Virus record (IMG/VR): IMGVR_UViG_3300047276_000181
Coordinates: 3,256-67,255 of that record
Length of the DNA: 64,000 nucleotides
Direction: 5' to 3' (one strand)
Source of the DNA: a virus
The translations under genes and the position numbers were made by a program. Below, piece after piece: positions 30,117-40,064 of the stretch (positions are counted from its first letter, which is position 1; each line of letters starts with the position of its first letter). The notes beneath the pieces are model-generated. The model saw nothing but the letters and a program-made list of their open reading frames with translations. It searched no databases and was not told the origin of the DNA.

Positions 30117-30394
30117 TTATATTTATTAGCCCACCACGCTGCGCTCATCTTACCCTTAGCGATATTCTTAGCGTGACGTGCCTTGAAGCTTGCACGCTTC
30201 TTAGCTCTAGCGGGTGATGGATTGCTTTCAGTTACCGTATCGGCACCCTTCTCTCCGAATCTAATCAGTTTGGTTTTGTTACCCTCCTTAGCTAACACGA
30301 TATGCGACTTCTTAGGATGCGACGGAGTAGCCTTCGGCTTGTTTACTCCAGCGAGACCATTCTTCTTTATTAGGTTCTTGATTCTATTATCCAT
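30080..30394 (-). CDS. small basic conserved phage protein
   Basis: KLIRFG...RASFKARH...KMSAAWWANKYKW. Confidence 0.7.
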   Translation of the reverse strand: MDNRIKNLIKKNGLAGVNKPKATPSHPKKSHIVLAKEGNKTKLIRFGEKGADTVTESNPSPARAKKRASFKARHAKNIAKGKMSAAWWANKYKWALVPFLCLIC

Positions 30395-30762
30395 CACTTG
30401 AAGTTTACATAGAATAGAGCAGTCGAGAATATCACAAAGTAAGTAGACATAAAAATGTCCTGCCGAGTCATTCTTTTGAATGTGGGCTTGACTTTGAGTT
30501 GTCGATTGAGTTCACCAATGATTGAATCTTGCTTAGCCATATCTTGGCGAGCTTGATGTAACTGATAATATTTGAACTTGTAAGCTTCATCGTATGCCTT
30601 TATTGTTGAATCCATAGCCAGGAATCGCTTGTTCATAGCGACCGCCTGCGTTAATTTCATTACGACAACAGTGTCGTTATTTTCTACTCGTTGTATCGGG
30701 TACGCCGATTGCGAGTACATTGAAAGGCTGCACAGTAGCAGACTTAATAGTAACAATCTCAT
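30394..30762 (-). CDS. lysis-cassette membrane protein (spanin-like)
   Basis: Signal peptide, coiled-coil and C-terminal TM; overlaps the upstream gene. Confidence 0.5.
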   Translation of the reverse strand: MRLLLLSLLLCSLSMYSQSAYPIQRVENNDTVVVMKLTQAVAMNKRFLAMDSTIKAYDEAYKFKYYQLHQARQDMAKQDSIIGELNRQLKVKPTFKRMTRQDIFMSTYFVIFSTALFYVNFK

Positions 30763-31018
30763 CCTCCATCACTTTTACTTGTTCCACCAGCATTTCCTTC
30801 TCCTCAGCCAAAACCTCGATGGTCTGCTTCATCTCCGTAATCCTTTCCGATACAGCTTGGTCAGCCATCGCCGATACTTGGCTCGCTTGTTGCATCGTCT
30901 GCTTAGACTTCTCAATGATTAAGTCAACAGGGTCTGGAGTGACTTCGGGCTCATTTTGCTTGGCAATCAAAGCGCCGACAGCAATACCGGCTGCGAGGAG
31001 TAGGATAGTACGTGTCAT
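30677..31018 (-). CDS. membrane-anchored coiled-coil protein (i-spanin-like)
   Basis: N-terminal TM followed by coiled-coil. Confidence 0.5.
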   Translation of the reverse strand: MTRTILLLAAGIAVGALIAKQNEPEVTPDPVDLIIEKSKQTMQQASQVSAMADQAVSERITEMKQTIEVLAEEKEMLVEQVKVMEDEIVTIKSATVQPFNVLAIGVPDTTSRK

Positions 31019-31266
31019 CTTGTTTGAAGAAGCATTTCGTTTTTAGCGCTAGTGTAGGCGAGGGCAGAGTCAAGTCTACGGATGTGCTCGGTGTACTTAT
31101 CCACCTTCACTTCCAGTTCGTTTACACGAGTCTGACATCTGTCGTCTACCTTAGTGTTCATCATCTTTTGGTCTACGTAAAGATAGCCTATGGCGACAAG
31201 GCCAATGAAAGCAATCGCTGCGACAGGGTTCTTTTGGAACTGGTCAAAAGAGACGGGCATTTTCAT
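31015..31266 (-). CDS. membrane protein, holin/antiholin-like
   Basis: Single TM plus coiled-coil; ATGA overlaps. Confidence 0.5.
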   Translation of the reverse strand: MKMPVSFDQFQKNPVAAIAFIGLVAIGYLYVDQKMMNTKVDDRCQTRVNELEVKVDKYTEHIRRLDSALAYTSAKNEMLLQTR

Positions 31267-31517
31267 TTCTTCGCAAACTTCTCAAGTCCAGCAATACCGA
31301 AAGAACCGAGCGTAATAATTACGAATGAGTTGTATGTAAACTCATTGATGACAAGGTCTTTACCCATAAATCCAGATACAACGTCGGCAATCATAACGAT
31401 TACCATCACTGCGAATGACATAAAGCCGATAACGGTCTTCTCGTTGTAGTCATTGCTGTCCTTAAAGATGGCGGTAAAGCCCATAATCTTGTCTCTTACG
31501 TAGGTGAATAATTTCAT
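31263..31517 (-). CDS. putative holin
   Basis: Two TM helices and a basic C-terminus (EKFAKK). Confidence 0.6.
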   Translation of the reverse strand: MKLFTYVRDKIMGFTAIFKDSNDYNEKTVIGFMSFAVMVIVMIADVVSGFMGKDLVINEFTYNSFVIITLGSFGIAGLEKFAKK

Positions 31518-31562
31518 CGCTTAAGTAAATGGGTTTCAACTGGTTACAAAAGTAAGTCAAAA

Positions 31563-31586
31563 AGAAAAGCCCCACGAGGGGGCTCA
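31563..31586 (-). terminator. intrinsic terminator
   Basis: GCCCCC/GGGGC hairpin with a T-rich tail on the minus strand. Confidence 0.55.
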
Positions 31587-31610
31587 ACTTGCTTCACGTA
31601 GTAGGCTGTG

Positions 31611-31889
31611 TTACTTCACAACCTTCAGTTCCGGGGTAGCCTCTTGCTCTTGAACGGTGAACTCACCAGTCTCAAGGTTGAGGGTTCCGTGTCCGTGCTC
31701 TTCGGCAAGTTCGTTCATCAGAGACTGAATCTCTTCACCGCTCTTGCGAAGTTCAGCTACGAGAGACTCTTGGCGTGCGGCGAGGTCTTTCTCGCTTACG
31801 TAGAGGGCTCCGAGCTCCATTTGAATTTGCTGCTGTTTGGCACGAATCTCACGTGCACTGTTTAATTGGGCTTCAGAAATCTGTGCCAT
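31611..31889 (-). CDS. coiled-coil hypothetical protein
   Basis: ELGAL...HGHGTLNLETGEF. Confidence 0.65.
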   Translation of the reverse strand: MAQISEAQLNSAREIRAKQQQIQMELGALYVSEKDLAARQESLVAELRKSGEEIQSLMNELAEEHGHGTLNLETGEFTVQEQEATPELKVVK

Positions 31890-31918
31890 AGTGAATTAAA
31901 ATTTGAGTTAGTAATTGA

Positions 31919-32281
31919 TTAGCAGTCTACAGCGTCTTCGTAACCAGCTTGGGCCTTGAGGTGGTCGTAGGCTTGTACGAGGATGTCAGCAGCCTCAGCT
32001 TCAAGACTAGGCTCAAAGGTAAGGAAGGTGCGGTAGATAGGTTCAGCGTGAGCTTCACGAGTAGCTTCAGATGCGTAGGTAGCTACTTCAAAGCCACAGT
32101 GTACTTTCTTTACCCAAGACTCAGTAGGAGGAACCATAACGGGCTCTCCGTTCTCGTCTACTTCGGGTTCAGCATATACGTATGTCTTCTGGTCAGAAGA
32201 CTCGTAGTTCATACGGGTAATCTTGTGGTAGGCATCGGTAAAGGTCATACCGAATTTTTCTACAGTTGCGGTTACAGCCAT
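31919..32281 (-). CDS. tail-fibre-associated small protein (paralog A)
   Basis: EKFG.TF..AY.KI ... YDHLK ... AVD shared with the adjacent gene. Confidence 0.65.
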   Translation of the reverse strand: MAVTATVEKFGMTFTDAYHKITRMNYESSDQKTYVYAEPEVDENGEPVMVPPTESWVKKVHCGFEVATYASEATREAHAEPIYRTFLTFEPSLEAEAADILVQAYDHLKAQAGYEDAVDC

Positions 32282-32315
32282 TGTGTTCTAATTAGAGTTA
32301 CAAATATACAAAACA

Positions 32316-32633
32316 TTAAGCGTCAACAGCACCATCAAACTTAGGAAGGGTCTTTAGGTAGTCATAGCAAGACTCAATAAGGCTATCTCCAGTGGGGAAT
32401 ACCTCGTGGTAAGTCTCAGAATGAAGAGTATCAGTAGACGTGACTGACGGATATGTTACTGCATCAAATTTAATCTTCAATGCTTTATTCATAACCTTTT
32501 GCGGCGGTACGTTAGGGTCTTCAGACATAACCCACTCCTCAACAAAAGAGTTTGAGTATTCTACGTTAAGAATCTTGGTGTACGCGTTTTCAAACGTAAC
32601 ACCGAATTTTTCAAAGTTGCTTATTAGTGCCAT
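32316..32633 (-). CDS. tail-fibre-associated small protein (paralog B)
   Basis: EKFGVTFENAYTKI ... CYDYLKTLP.F.GAVDA. Confidence 0.65.
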   Translation of the reverse strand: MALISNFEKFGVTFENAYTKILNVEYSNSFVEEWVMSEDPNVPPQKVMNKALKIKFDAVTYPSVTSTDTLHSETYHEVFPTGDSLIESCYDYLKTLPKFDGAVDA

Positions 32634-32645
32634 AGTGCAAATTTA

Positions 32646-35600
32646 TTATTTATTTTCTAGTGCTTCAATACGTGCAGTTAACGAATCAATCATTTCTTGT
32701 TGCTCCTTTACCGCCTTCATAAGTAATCCTATGAGAGCCGCTGGTTTTACAGCATAGCCTTTTTCTTCGCTACCGCTAACACCCTCAGGAAGAACAGCAA
32801 GAACATCTTGAGCTATTACGCCAGCTTCACGAACCTCAGAACCTTTCTTCCAGTAAGTGTATCCACTGATAGACTTTACTTTGTCTACAGCGTTATCTAT
32901 TTCAACAATTGCTGACTTAGACCTTCTGTCAGAGTAATCTGAGAATCCAAATGTTAAGAAAGAACCTCTGTTTACAGTCTTCCATTCTCTTGGTTCACCT
33001 CCGATGCCCCAGTTGTCTCCCCAGGGGTCTACGTCAAAGAGAAGGTAAGACATATAGTCTCCAAAGATTACTCTTTGAGCAGACCAGATGGTAACCATCT
33101 CACGAACAGAGTATTTGTATCTAACATCAAATACGCCATCGCCACCGTTGTGGTGAATTCGGTAATCGTTTACGCTAACTCCTTTAATGTACAGGTTGTT
33201 TCCTGTGGTGTATACTTTACCGTTGTTTACATCGGTAGCAGTCATTGCCATTGATGCAGAGTAAGCCAAGTTTGCGGTATTTGCAAAACCAGCGTACGTG
33301 TCTGCGTGACCAGTGTCTCCATTGTAACCGTAGAGTCTCCAGTAAGAGCCAGTCCAGTAAGTCTGTACAGAATAGTCAGAATTGTCATCTCTTCTGTACA
33401 AACGAGTTACGCCTCTTGTGTTTCTTGAGTCACTGTTTAACGAAGAATTGTTTGCTGTGGTTACCTGAGCAGCGTTAGACACATTACCCAATCCAACCTG
33501 AGATGGAGAGTGAGTGTGTGATGATGCTGCATAGTCTCCAGATGGCTGCTTTGAGTTAAGTTGCTCTTGAAGTCCTTCAATGTTGTCTATTGCGTGGAAG
33601 TGAACTTCAGAAGCATAAGCTCCAGCAGGTTGTGCCCAAGAACTAAAGTTGCTTGAGTCAAGAACTGTTCTCCATCCTGTCCAAGTTCCGTTGTTTCTAC
33701 CTCTGACTGCTATTTGACCAGAACGATAGTCTCCAGCTATTTGATGCTGCCAAGAAGTGCTGTATCTCTGTGAATAAAGAGCGCCATCTGTTGCGTTTCC
33801 AGAAAAGTTTGATACACCAGCCGTGTAGTATGTAATACCATTGCTATCAATAGTGTCAGCGTTAGTTCCAGCATTACTACCAGTATTTCTAAATCCTACA
33901 CCGTCAATATTATCGGCAGTTCCAGCACTTGCAGCATAGTTTACAGACTGGCTTCCAATATTTCCAGTTGTTATTAAACCAAGTACCGAAATAAAGTTTG
34001 CAGGAGTATAGTATCTAATGTATCCATCTTGAGATGCATATATTCTAGATATTCCAGTAGTACCATTATCTCCAGATGTAGTGTTTATCCACCCAGCCTG
34101 AATGTATCCGTTACCATCAGTACGTACAACTTTGTTAGCTTCGTTATTTCTACCTCCGTGAACAGCAAGTCCGCCAACAGTATTAGAGTTGCCTCCATTT
34201 GCAGGTGCCGAGCCAGCAGTAGCCGCATAGCTTACAGATTGGGAACCAATGTTCTGGCTACTAATTGCGTACGCCCAGGACTGGAATGTTCCACTACCCT
34301 GATAACTCCTAAACCATAGATTGTTATCGTAATAGCTCATAGCAATTTGGAAACCGTGGTAGTTGCCTTGGTTGCTATGTCTTACGTTGATTGAGTTATA
34401 CCAAGTCTGAGATGGCCAGTTAGAACCACCACCATCATTTTCATAAAAACCGCTATCTCTCCAATCATTAGCATTAGAATGACTGCTTATCTTACTTGCT
34501 CCGCCACCATATACAATTCTAGAAGAGTCTATTCCGTCAATAAGCTCAGAGTCGGCAGCCTTACCAGATGTGGTTAGGTATGAACCTGCGGCCTGCTTAC
34601 CGTCTAGCGCTGCTTGCAATCCAGTTACGTTGGCAATGGTATGGGTGTGGCTAGCTGCAGCGTAAGAGCCTGCAGCTTGTTTGCCGTCAAGTGCTGATTG
34701 GAGACCTGTTACGTTGGCAATAGTGTGTGTGTGCGAAGCAGCAGCATAGCTTCCCGCTCTCTGGAAGTAATCGTGTAACCAGCCATATGTATTAGTCCAC
34801 AAGTTTCCTGAAGTGTCCATTAACATTCTTCTGTTGCTAGCAGAGCTGCCACCGTATGTCCACACAAAAGGGTATGCACCTATTCCGCTATATGCTTCTG
34901 AAGCTCCGTCTGTTCTCCAGGTAATCTGGTAAGTATTACCGTAAAACTTAACAGGATTATTATCGGCAGTTGCTCTAAACCAATCGTCAGCTGTATAATC
35001 AGCACCTAAATTAGTAGCTGTAGTAGCAGTTGCTGCATTACCGCTAATATTTGTTACACTCTTAAGGTATCCAGCACTAGCGTGATTTCCCCATCCATAA
35101 GCGGTATCCCAGTTTACATCTTTCCTTGTATCACCGATGTAAAATGCGCCTGCGCTCAAATCTCCATCTCTAGCAGCTCCTGATTCATATTTTCTTACTC
35201 TAATGCCACGATATCTTCCGTTAGCAACATTTGAATCTTGCTGACCAAAAAATGCCCAAGTTCCATTATCAGAACCATCGGTGCCAAGGCTTAATCTAAA
35301 TGATTGAGTCCAATCGTGACCATTGCCCCAAATAAATTGACCACTTGAACGTATATACCAAGTTGTGCTTGAGCCATAATCAGCAATTACACGATATGCA
35401 CCGTTTGTGTAATCATTTAGATGTGATGCTGTAATCCAGCTTCCGTAGTTACCTAGGTCATTTGTAAATGAAGATAGCGCCGTTGGTCTTCCAGTTATTG
35501 TTGTCCAAGCGTGCGTATGCGATGCGGCAGCATAGCTTCCCGCAGCCTGCTTACCAGCAAGTAGCGTGTTTATCTCGGTTTCAGTGTAGTACCTGTCATC

Positions 35601-35801
35601 GTGCGTGTGAGCAGACGGGGTAAACGTAGACGGCTTGCTAGTAATAGAATCCCAAGATGCAGCTCCACCAAAGGTGCTTACCTCGTTACCAGCCGCATCA
35701 GTTTCCACAAGACGACCGTCCGTAGCAATCTTATACTTAGACTCGTAAGTTCCGTCTTCTTTTTGAAACTGCCAGATACCTCTGCTAATACGAAATGCCA
35801 T
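32646..35801 (-). CDS. tail fibre with C-terminal peptidase S74-type intramolecular chaperone
   Basis: SHTHTIANVTGLQ repeats; SDRRSK...GYTY...GVIAQDV..VLPE.V followed by coiled-coil. Confidence 0.85.
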   Translation of the reverse strand: MAFRISRGIWQFQKEDGTYESKYKIATDGRLVETDAAGNEVSTFGGAASWDSITSKPSTFTPSAHTHDDRYYTETEINTLLAGKQAAGSYAAASHTHAWTTITGRPTALSSFTNDLGNYGSWITASHLNDYTNGAYRVIADYGSSTTWYIRSSGQFIWGNGHDWTQSFRLSLGTDGSDNGTWAFFGQQDSNVANGRYRGIRVRKYESGAARDGDLSAGAFYIGDTRKDVNWDTAYGWGNHASAGYLKSVTNISGNAATATTATNLGADYTADDWFRATADNNPVKFYGNTYQITWRTDGASEAYSGIGAYPFVWTYGGSSASNRRMLMDTSGNLWTNTYGWLHDYFQRAGSYAAASHTHTIANVTGLQSALDGKQAAGSYAAASHTHTIANVTGLQAALDGKQAAGSYLTTSGKAADSELIDGIDSSRIVYGGGASKISSHSNANDWRDSGFYENDGGGSNWPSQTWYNSINVRHSNQGNYHGFQIAMSYYDNNLWFRSYQGSGTFQSWAYAISSQNIGSQSVSYAATAGSAPANGGNSNTVGGLAVHGGRNNEANKVVRTDGNGYIQAGWINTTSGDNGTTGISRIYASQDGYIRYYTPANFISVLGLITTGNIGSQSVNYAASAGTADNIDGVGFRNTGSNAGTNADTIDSNGITYYTAGVSNFSGNATDGALYSQRYSTSWQHQIAGDYRSGQIAVRGRNNGTWTGWRTVLDSSNFSSWAQPAGAYASEVHFHAIDNIEGLQEQLNSKQPSGDYAASSHTHSPSQVGLGNVSNAAQVTTANNSSLNSDSRNTRGVTRLYRRDDNSDYSVQTYWTGSYWRLYGYNGDTGHADTYAGFANTANLAYSASMAMTATDVNNGKVYTTGNNLYIKGVSVNDYRIHHNGGDGVFDVRYKYSVREMVTIWSAQRVIFGDYMSYLLFDVDPWGDNWGIGGEPREWKTVNRGSFLTFGFSDYSDRRSKSAIVEIDNAVDKVKSISGYTYWKKGSEVREAGVIAQDVLAVLPEGVSGSEEKGYAVKPAALIGLLMKAVKEQQEMIDSLTARIEALENK

Positions 35802-35811
35802 ATCTTAATGA

Positions 35812-38800
35812 TTAAATGTTTACCCAAGTTTTTACTATGAAGCTGTCTCCAGAGCCACTCTCTAGAGCCTTACCAATTACGCAGTCAAACAACTGATGTT
35901 CAACCACGTAGCTTCTGTCTACGCCTACTGCGTGTCCAATGGTTTCTGATGTTACAAGATATTGACCTTCAGTAACATCGCCAGTGCAGAGAACAGGTTC
36001 AGCACCCTGTACAAGCGGAGAGCTGTTTCCTTTTACTGCAACACCCATTCTCATATGGTCAGCAAATTTACTGCACGGAACCATCTTACCATTTTGCCAA
36101 GACATAACGGTTCCAGTCTCCTGCTCTGATATTTCTTTATCAGCAAGGTTGCTTTCGTGTAGACCAGCAGAATCTAAAGTCTGACAGTATATAATATCCC
36201 AACGGTTTGATTCAGCACCAAGACTTTGGAGTCTATCTGTATTTGGTAAAACGTTTCCTCCGTTAAACCAAGCATTACCATTAGAGGCATCAAGCTCAAA
36301 GCGAGTAATACCAGTAGAGCCAACGAACTGCCATCCCTGACCAGCTGCGGCAGCTGCAATAAACTGAAGCGTATTTGAAGTAAGGTTGTTACTAGATTCA
36401 GTTACGATGTTTCTACCAATTCTCCAGTTGGTGTCTGCTAGACCACTAAATAGTAAGCTGATGCCAGTGTTTAGAGAAGTGTTTCCAGTAAGTGCGCCAC
36501 CAGTAAGAGCAAGAGCTCCGATTTCAGCAATGCTCCAAGAGACGTTAGCTGAACCGTTTACAGACTTGCCAGTATTACCAATCGTAAGAGTGCGAGCCGT
36601 ACCCCAGTTTGCTGTAGTGATGTTAGCAGAACCATTAAAAGAAGTTCCGTTGATAGTTCTAGCTGTTTGCAGTGTGGTAGCCGTACCAGCATTACCCGTA
36701 GTAGTTGTAGCCGTAGTTGCGGTCGTAGCTGAGCCAGCACTAGTTGCGTATGATACAGACTGAGCTCCAATGTTGTCTGAGTCTATTACTGTTTTCCATC
36801 CAGTCCATCCAGCATTATTGTAAACTCCAAGTCTATAGCGCATTGAAGAGCCACCATATGTTGGGCTGTACGGGAAATAGAGTTCAGCAGTTCCTCCGTC
36901 GTTTAAACCACTATATGTTGCAATTCTTACAACTGAACCGTATTCAGGATATCCTTGAGATGCACTAACAAATGATGTTTGGATTCCTCTAGAGAAACTT
37001 CTACCATTTGTTGATGCCGTAAATATATAATCATCAAGCGCCGACAATAAAGGAGAACTTCCAGCTGTGGTTGCAGATGTTGCCGTAGTAGCTGAAGTTG
37101 CGCTTGTAGCCGTAGCTGCGTTACCACTAACGCTAATAGGCCAAGTACCCGTAGGAGTTCCGCCAAGAGTTATGTTTCCAGACGTAGTTACTGTTCCAGA
37201 AAGAGTAAGTCCACCATAGCCTCCAGTTCCAGCAACAGATGTTACCGTACCAGTGTTGCTAGTGAATCCACTAGGGTTAGTTGCTGCGTATGCCCCAATC
37301 TCTGCGAGAGACCAGCTAACGTTGGCACTACCATTAAAAGTCTTTCCAGTGTTGCCAATGGTCAAAGTTCTGGCCGTGGCAAGCGTAGTAGCTGTAGTGG
37401 CATTTCCCGAAAGAGCTCCGCTAAACGTAGGCGCAGTTACAGTGCCTGGGAATGAAGTGTTTCCAGAGCCATCAAGAAGCGTAGCCGTTCTAAGGAGGGT
37501 TGAGAATACGCCAGTGTATTGGCGGACGTGAATAGGCTCAGTACCATCGTCAGCCGTAGCTATCTCAAGGTATCCAGCGTTAGATGCTGTAGCACCAACC
37601 AAGATTCTAGCTTGGTCGTTGTCACCCATATTACCACGTACAAGCTCAGCAGACGTAGTTCCAGTTACTGTTCTTACAACTCCAGCAGATGTTCCCGTAA
37701 TGTTAGACGAAGACGTGATGTATCCGCTAGGGTTGCTTGCTAGGTAGTAAGATGATGCGGCAAGACCTCCAAGCTTGTTAGAGTCTACGGCAGTATCAGA
37801 TACACCTAAATACAAGCCAGCGTGGTCACCCCAGCCGTATGCCGTATCCCAGTTAGACTTATTGTATCCTGATGCGGTTAGTGTTCCAGTAATAGTAAGG
37901 TTGCTTGAACTATCAAGCGTCATAGCTACAGTTCCGCCAGTTCCTGCATTGTTTTGAGAATCACTATGTACTCCACCCCTAAACCAAGAAAATCTACCGT
38001 CACTCCTAAAGTATGTAGTGCTTGACTGAACACCAATACCATAACCTGTAGCCCATAGATTTATCATCTGACGAGTAGATGAACCAAAGCTCAAGTTACC
38101 AGTCATAGTATCTCCAGTCTTAGAGACCTTACCGCCAATAGTTGTAGATATTGTGCTTGCAAAGTTGGGGTCGTCACCAAGTGCAGCAGCAAGTTCATTG
38201 AGCGTGTCTAGCGTAGCAGGAGCAGAGTCTATAAGATTAGATACTGCGGTCTGTACAAACGCAGTAGTTGCGATTTGCGTGGTATTCGTACCTGCGGTGG
38301 CAGTGGGAGCGGTAGGAACCCCAGTAAGTGCAGGAGATGCAAGCGGAGCGTACCCAGCAGAGGCGTGGTTGCCCCAGCCGTAGGCAGTGTTCCAGTTAGC
38401 TGAGTTATTTGCAAAATCCTGAGATGTCCAAACGGTAGCCCAAGCGCTCCAAGCTGAGCCATTATCATTCATACCTCTGACCCTAAGTCCTCCAGCGGTA
38501 TTTAGTCTTTCGTGGGCTAGTTGAAATCCAAAAGTGGCTCCATCTTTATTGCTTCCAACGACAAGCATTGTTCCGTAAGGAAACCCAGGTGAGTTTGTTG
38601 AGCCAGTATTGGTATTGTATAAATTATAAAATCCGCTTCTTGATATATTATCAAAATTCTGAGCTCCATTTAAAAGTATTGCGTCACTCTTAAAGCCAGC
38701 ATCAAATAGTATTTCGCCAGTAGCTGTATCTGCAGCATCGCTACGTAAAAATGATGAGCTATCAAGACCATCTAATAAGTTTGAATCCGCAGCCTTCGCT

Positions 38801-39984
38801 GTTGCTCCAAGTGCGCCAATTTCAGCCAAAGACCAGCTTACGTTAGCAGAGCCATTGAAGGTTTTACCAGTAGCTCCAATAGTAAGCGTTCTAGCGGTCT
38901 GTAAAACAGTTGCGCTACCTGCGTTGCCAGTAATAGTTGATATAGTCCAGCTTCTGTTCGCACTGAGGTCAAATGCCGTTCCGTTTATGGTCAACGTTCT
39001 TGCGTTGGTTACAGGAGTATATCCCAACGCCGTGGTCACCATAGACGAGTTGATGCTCGTTAAATAGTTAGGAGTCCAGTTCTCCCATCTGTTGCTATTA
39101 TATCGAAGGAGTTGTCCTGTAGTCGCAGATGACTGATAAACATCGTGGAGCTCACCCAAGTGATAACCAGGGTTAACACGAACTGCGAGAGTTCCATTAA
39201 CTGCACTTGATACAACAAATGCAATAGGTATGTTTAGATTAGGAGCTGCAGGTTGCGTTTCCGTTAGACCTCCAGGTGCCGCTGGGTCACAGTACAAAAC
39301 AGCTCCATCGGAGAATGAAGTTGTATTCAGGCCTCTTACCTTACCGAAAGAAGTTACGTGGCCAAAGCTTCCGTTTGTGATAGCTGTAGTAGCAATACCT
39401 AAAATGTATCTCTCTTCTACGGAGCCATCGGCAATCATAGGTGCAACTAGGATATGCCCAGAGTTTCCATCTGTACCAACAGCCATAACAACCGTTCCGT
39501 TGGTAATGGTAGAACCAGTAGAGTTCTTTACGTACCAGTGTTGCTCTTGACCAAGCTGAAGTGATGCTCCGCTTGCCAGCTGAAGGTTTGCCGTATCTTC
39601 GGCGGTGTTCCAAGAGAACATACCAGTAACAGGCGTAGGCGTAGCGGCAGTATCAAGAGTAACGTAATCTGACTTAACGCCACCAACGTCAATAGTGTTA
39701 GTGGTTACGTTGCCTCTCGTAGTAACGGTGGCTAACGTGTCTGTCTCAACAGTTGATACGGTCCAGCTTCTGTTAGCACTCAGGTCGTACGTGGTGCCGT
39801 TAATCGTGAGCGTTCTCGTCGTGGGCACCGGAGTGTATCCCAATGCGGTCGTAATCATAGACGAGTTGATGCTCGATAGGTAGTCGGTTCCTGCTACAGC
39901 TGCTACGATTACACCATTTGCGTCGGTCTTCAAAATAGAAGACGTAACGAGGAGGTCTACGCTACTTAAATACTTGATTGCCAT
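35812..39984 (-). CDS. long tail fibre protein
   Basis: Repeated ARTLTIG..GK.FNGSANVSWS.AEIGA; APATLDTLNELAAALGDDPNF; C-terminal ..IGKALE autocleavage-like domain. Confidence 0.85.
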   Translation of the reverse strand: MAIKYLSSVDLLVTSSILKTDANGVIVAAVAGTDYLSSINSSMITTALGYTPVPTTRTLTINGTTYDLSANRSWTVSTVETDTLATVTTRGNVTTNTIDVGGVKSDYVTLDTAATPTPVTGMFSWNTAEDTANLQLASGASLQLGQEQHWYVKNSTGSTITNGTVVMAVGTDGNSGHILVAPMIADGSVEERYILGIATTAITNGSFGHVTSFGKVRGLNTTSFSDGAVLYCDPAAPGGLTETQPAAPNLNIPIAFVVSSAVNGTLAVRVNPGYHLGELHDVYQSSATTGQLLRYNSNRWENWTPNYLTSINSSMVTTALGYTPVTNARTLTINGTAFDLSANRSWTISTITGNAGSATVLQTARTLTIGATGKTFNGSANVSWSLAEIGALGATAKAADSNLLDGLDSSSFLRSDAADTATGEILFDAGFKSDAILLNGAQNFDNISRSGFYNLYNTNTGSTNSPGFPYGTMLVVGSNKDGATFGFQLAHERLNTAGGLRVRGMNDNGSAWSAWATVWTSQDFANNSANWNTAYGWGNHASAGYAPLASPALTGVPTAPTATAGTNTTQIATTAFVQTAVSNLIDSAPATLDTLNELAAALGDDPNFASTISTTIGGKVSKTGDTMTGNLSFGSSTRQMINLWATGYGIGVQSSTTYFRSDGRFSWFRGGVHSDSQNNAGTGGTVAMTLDSSSNLTITGTLTASGYNKSNWDTAYGWGDHAGLYLGVSDTAVDSNKLGGLAASSYYLASNPSGYITSSSNITGTSAGVVRTVTGTTSAELVRGNMGDNDQARILVGATASNAGYLEIATADDGTEPIHVRQYTGVFSTLLRTATLLDGSGNTSFPGTVTAPTFSGALSGNATTATTLATARTLTIGNTGKTFNGSANVSWSLAEIGAYAATNPSGFTSNTGTVTSVAGTGGYGGLTLSGTVTTSGNITLGGTPTGTWPISVSGNAATATSATSATTATSATTAGSSPLLSALDDYIFTASTNGRSFSRGIQTSFVSASQGYPEYGSVVRIATYSGLNDGGTAELYFPYSPTYGGSSMRYRLGVYNNAGWTGWKTVIDSDNIGAQSVSYATSAGSATTATTATTTTGNAGTATTLQTARTINGTSFNGSANITTANWGTARTLTIGNTGKSVNGSANVSWSIAEIGALALTGGALTGNTSLNTGISLLFSGLADTNWRIGRNIVTESSNNLTSNTLQFIAAAAAGQGWQFVGSTGITRFELDASNGNAWFNGGNVLPNTDRLQSLGAESNRWDIIYCQTLDSAGLHESNLADKEISEQETGTVMSWQNGKMVPCSKFADHMRMGVAVKGNSSPLVQGAEPVLCTGDVTEGQYLVTSETIGHAVGVDRSYVVEHQLFDCVIGKALESGSGDSFIVKTWVNI

Positions 39985-40011
39985 TCTGCGCTATTTTACA
40001 CAAAAATACAA

Positions 40012-40045
40012 AAAGAAAAAGGGTCAGCCGTTAAGCCAACCCTTT
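40012..40045 (-). terminator. intrinsic terminator
   Basis: AAAGGGTTGGC...GCTGACCCTTTTT on the minus strand. Confidence 0.6.
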
Positions 40046-40064
40046 CGTCATTAGACATTAACAC

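Noticed and set aside
29580-30140. Group I intron carrying the HNH gene
   Set aside because: The ORF fills the whole insertion, leaving no room for a ribozyme core, and the splice junctions would not restore the frame exactly
32646-39984. Diversity-generating retroelement targeting the tail fibres
   Set aside because: No reverse transcriptase in the window; the repeats differ at synonymous positions rather than at adenines
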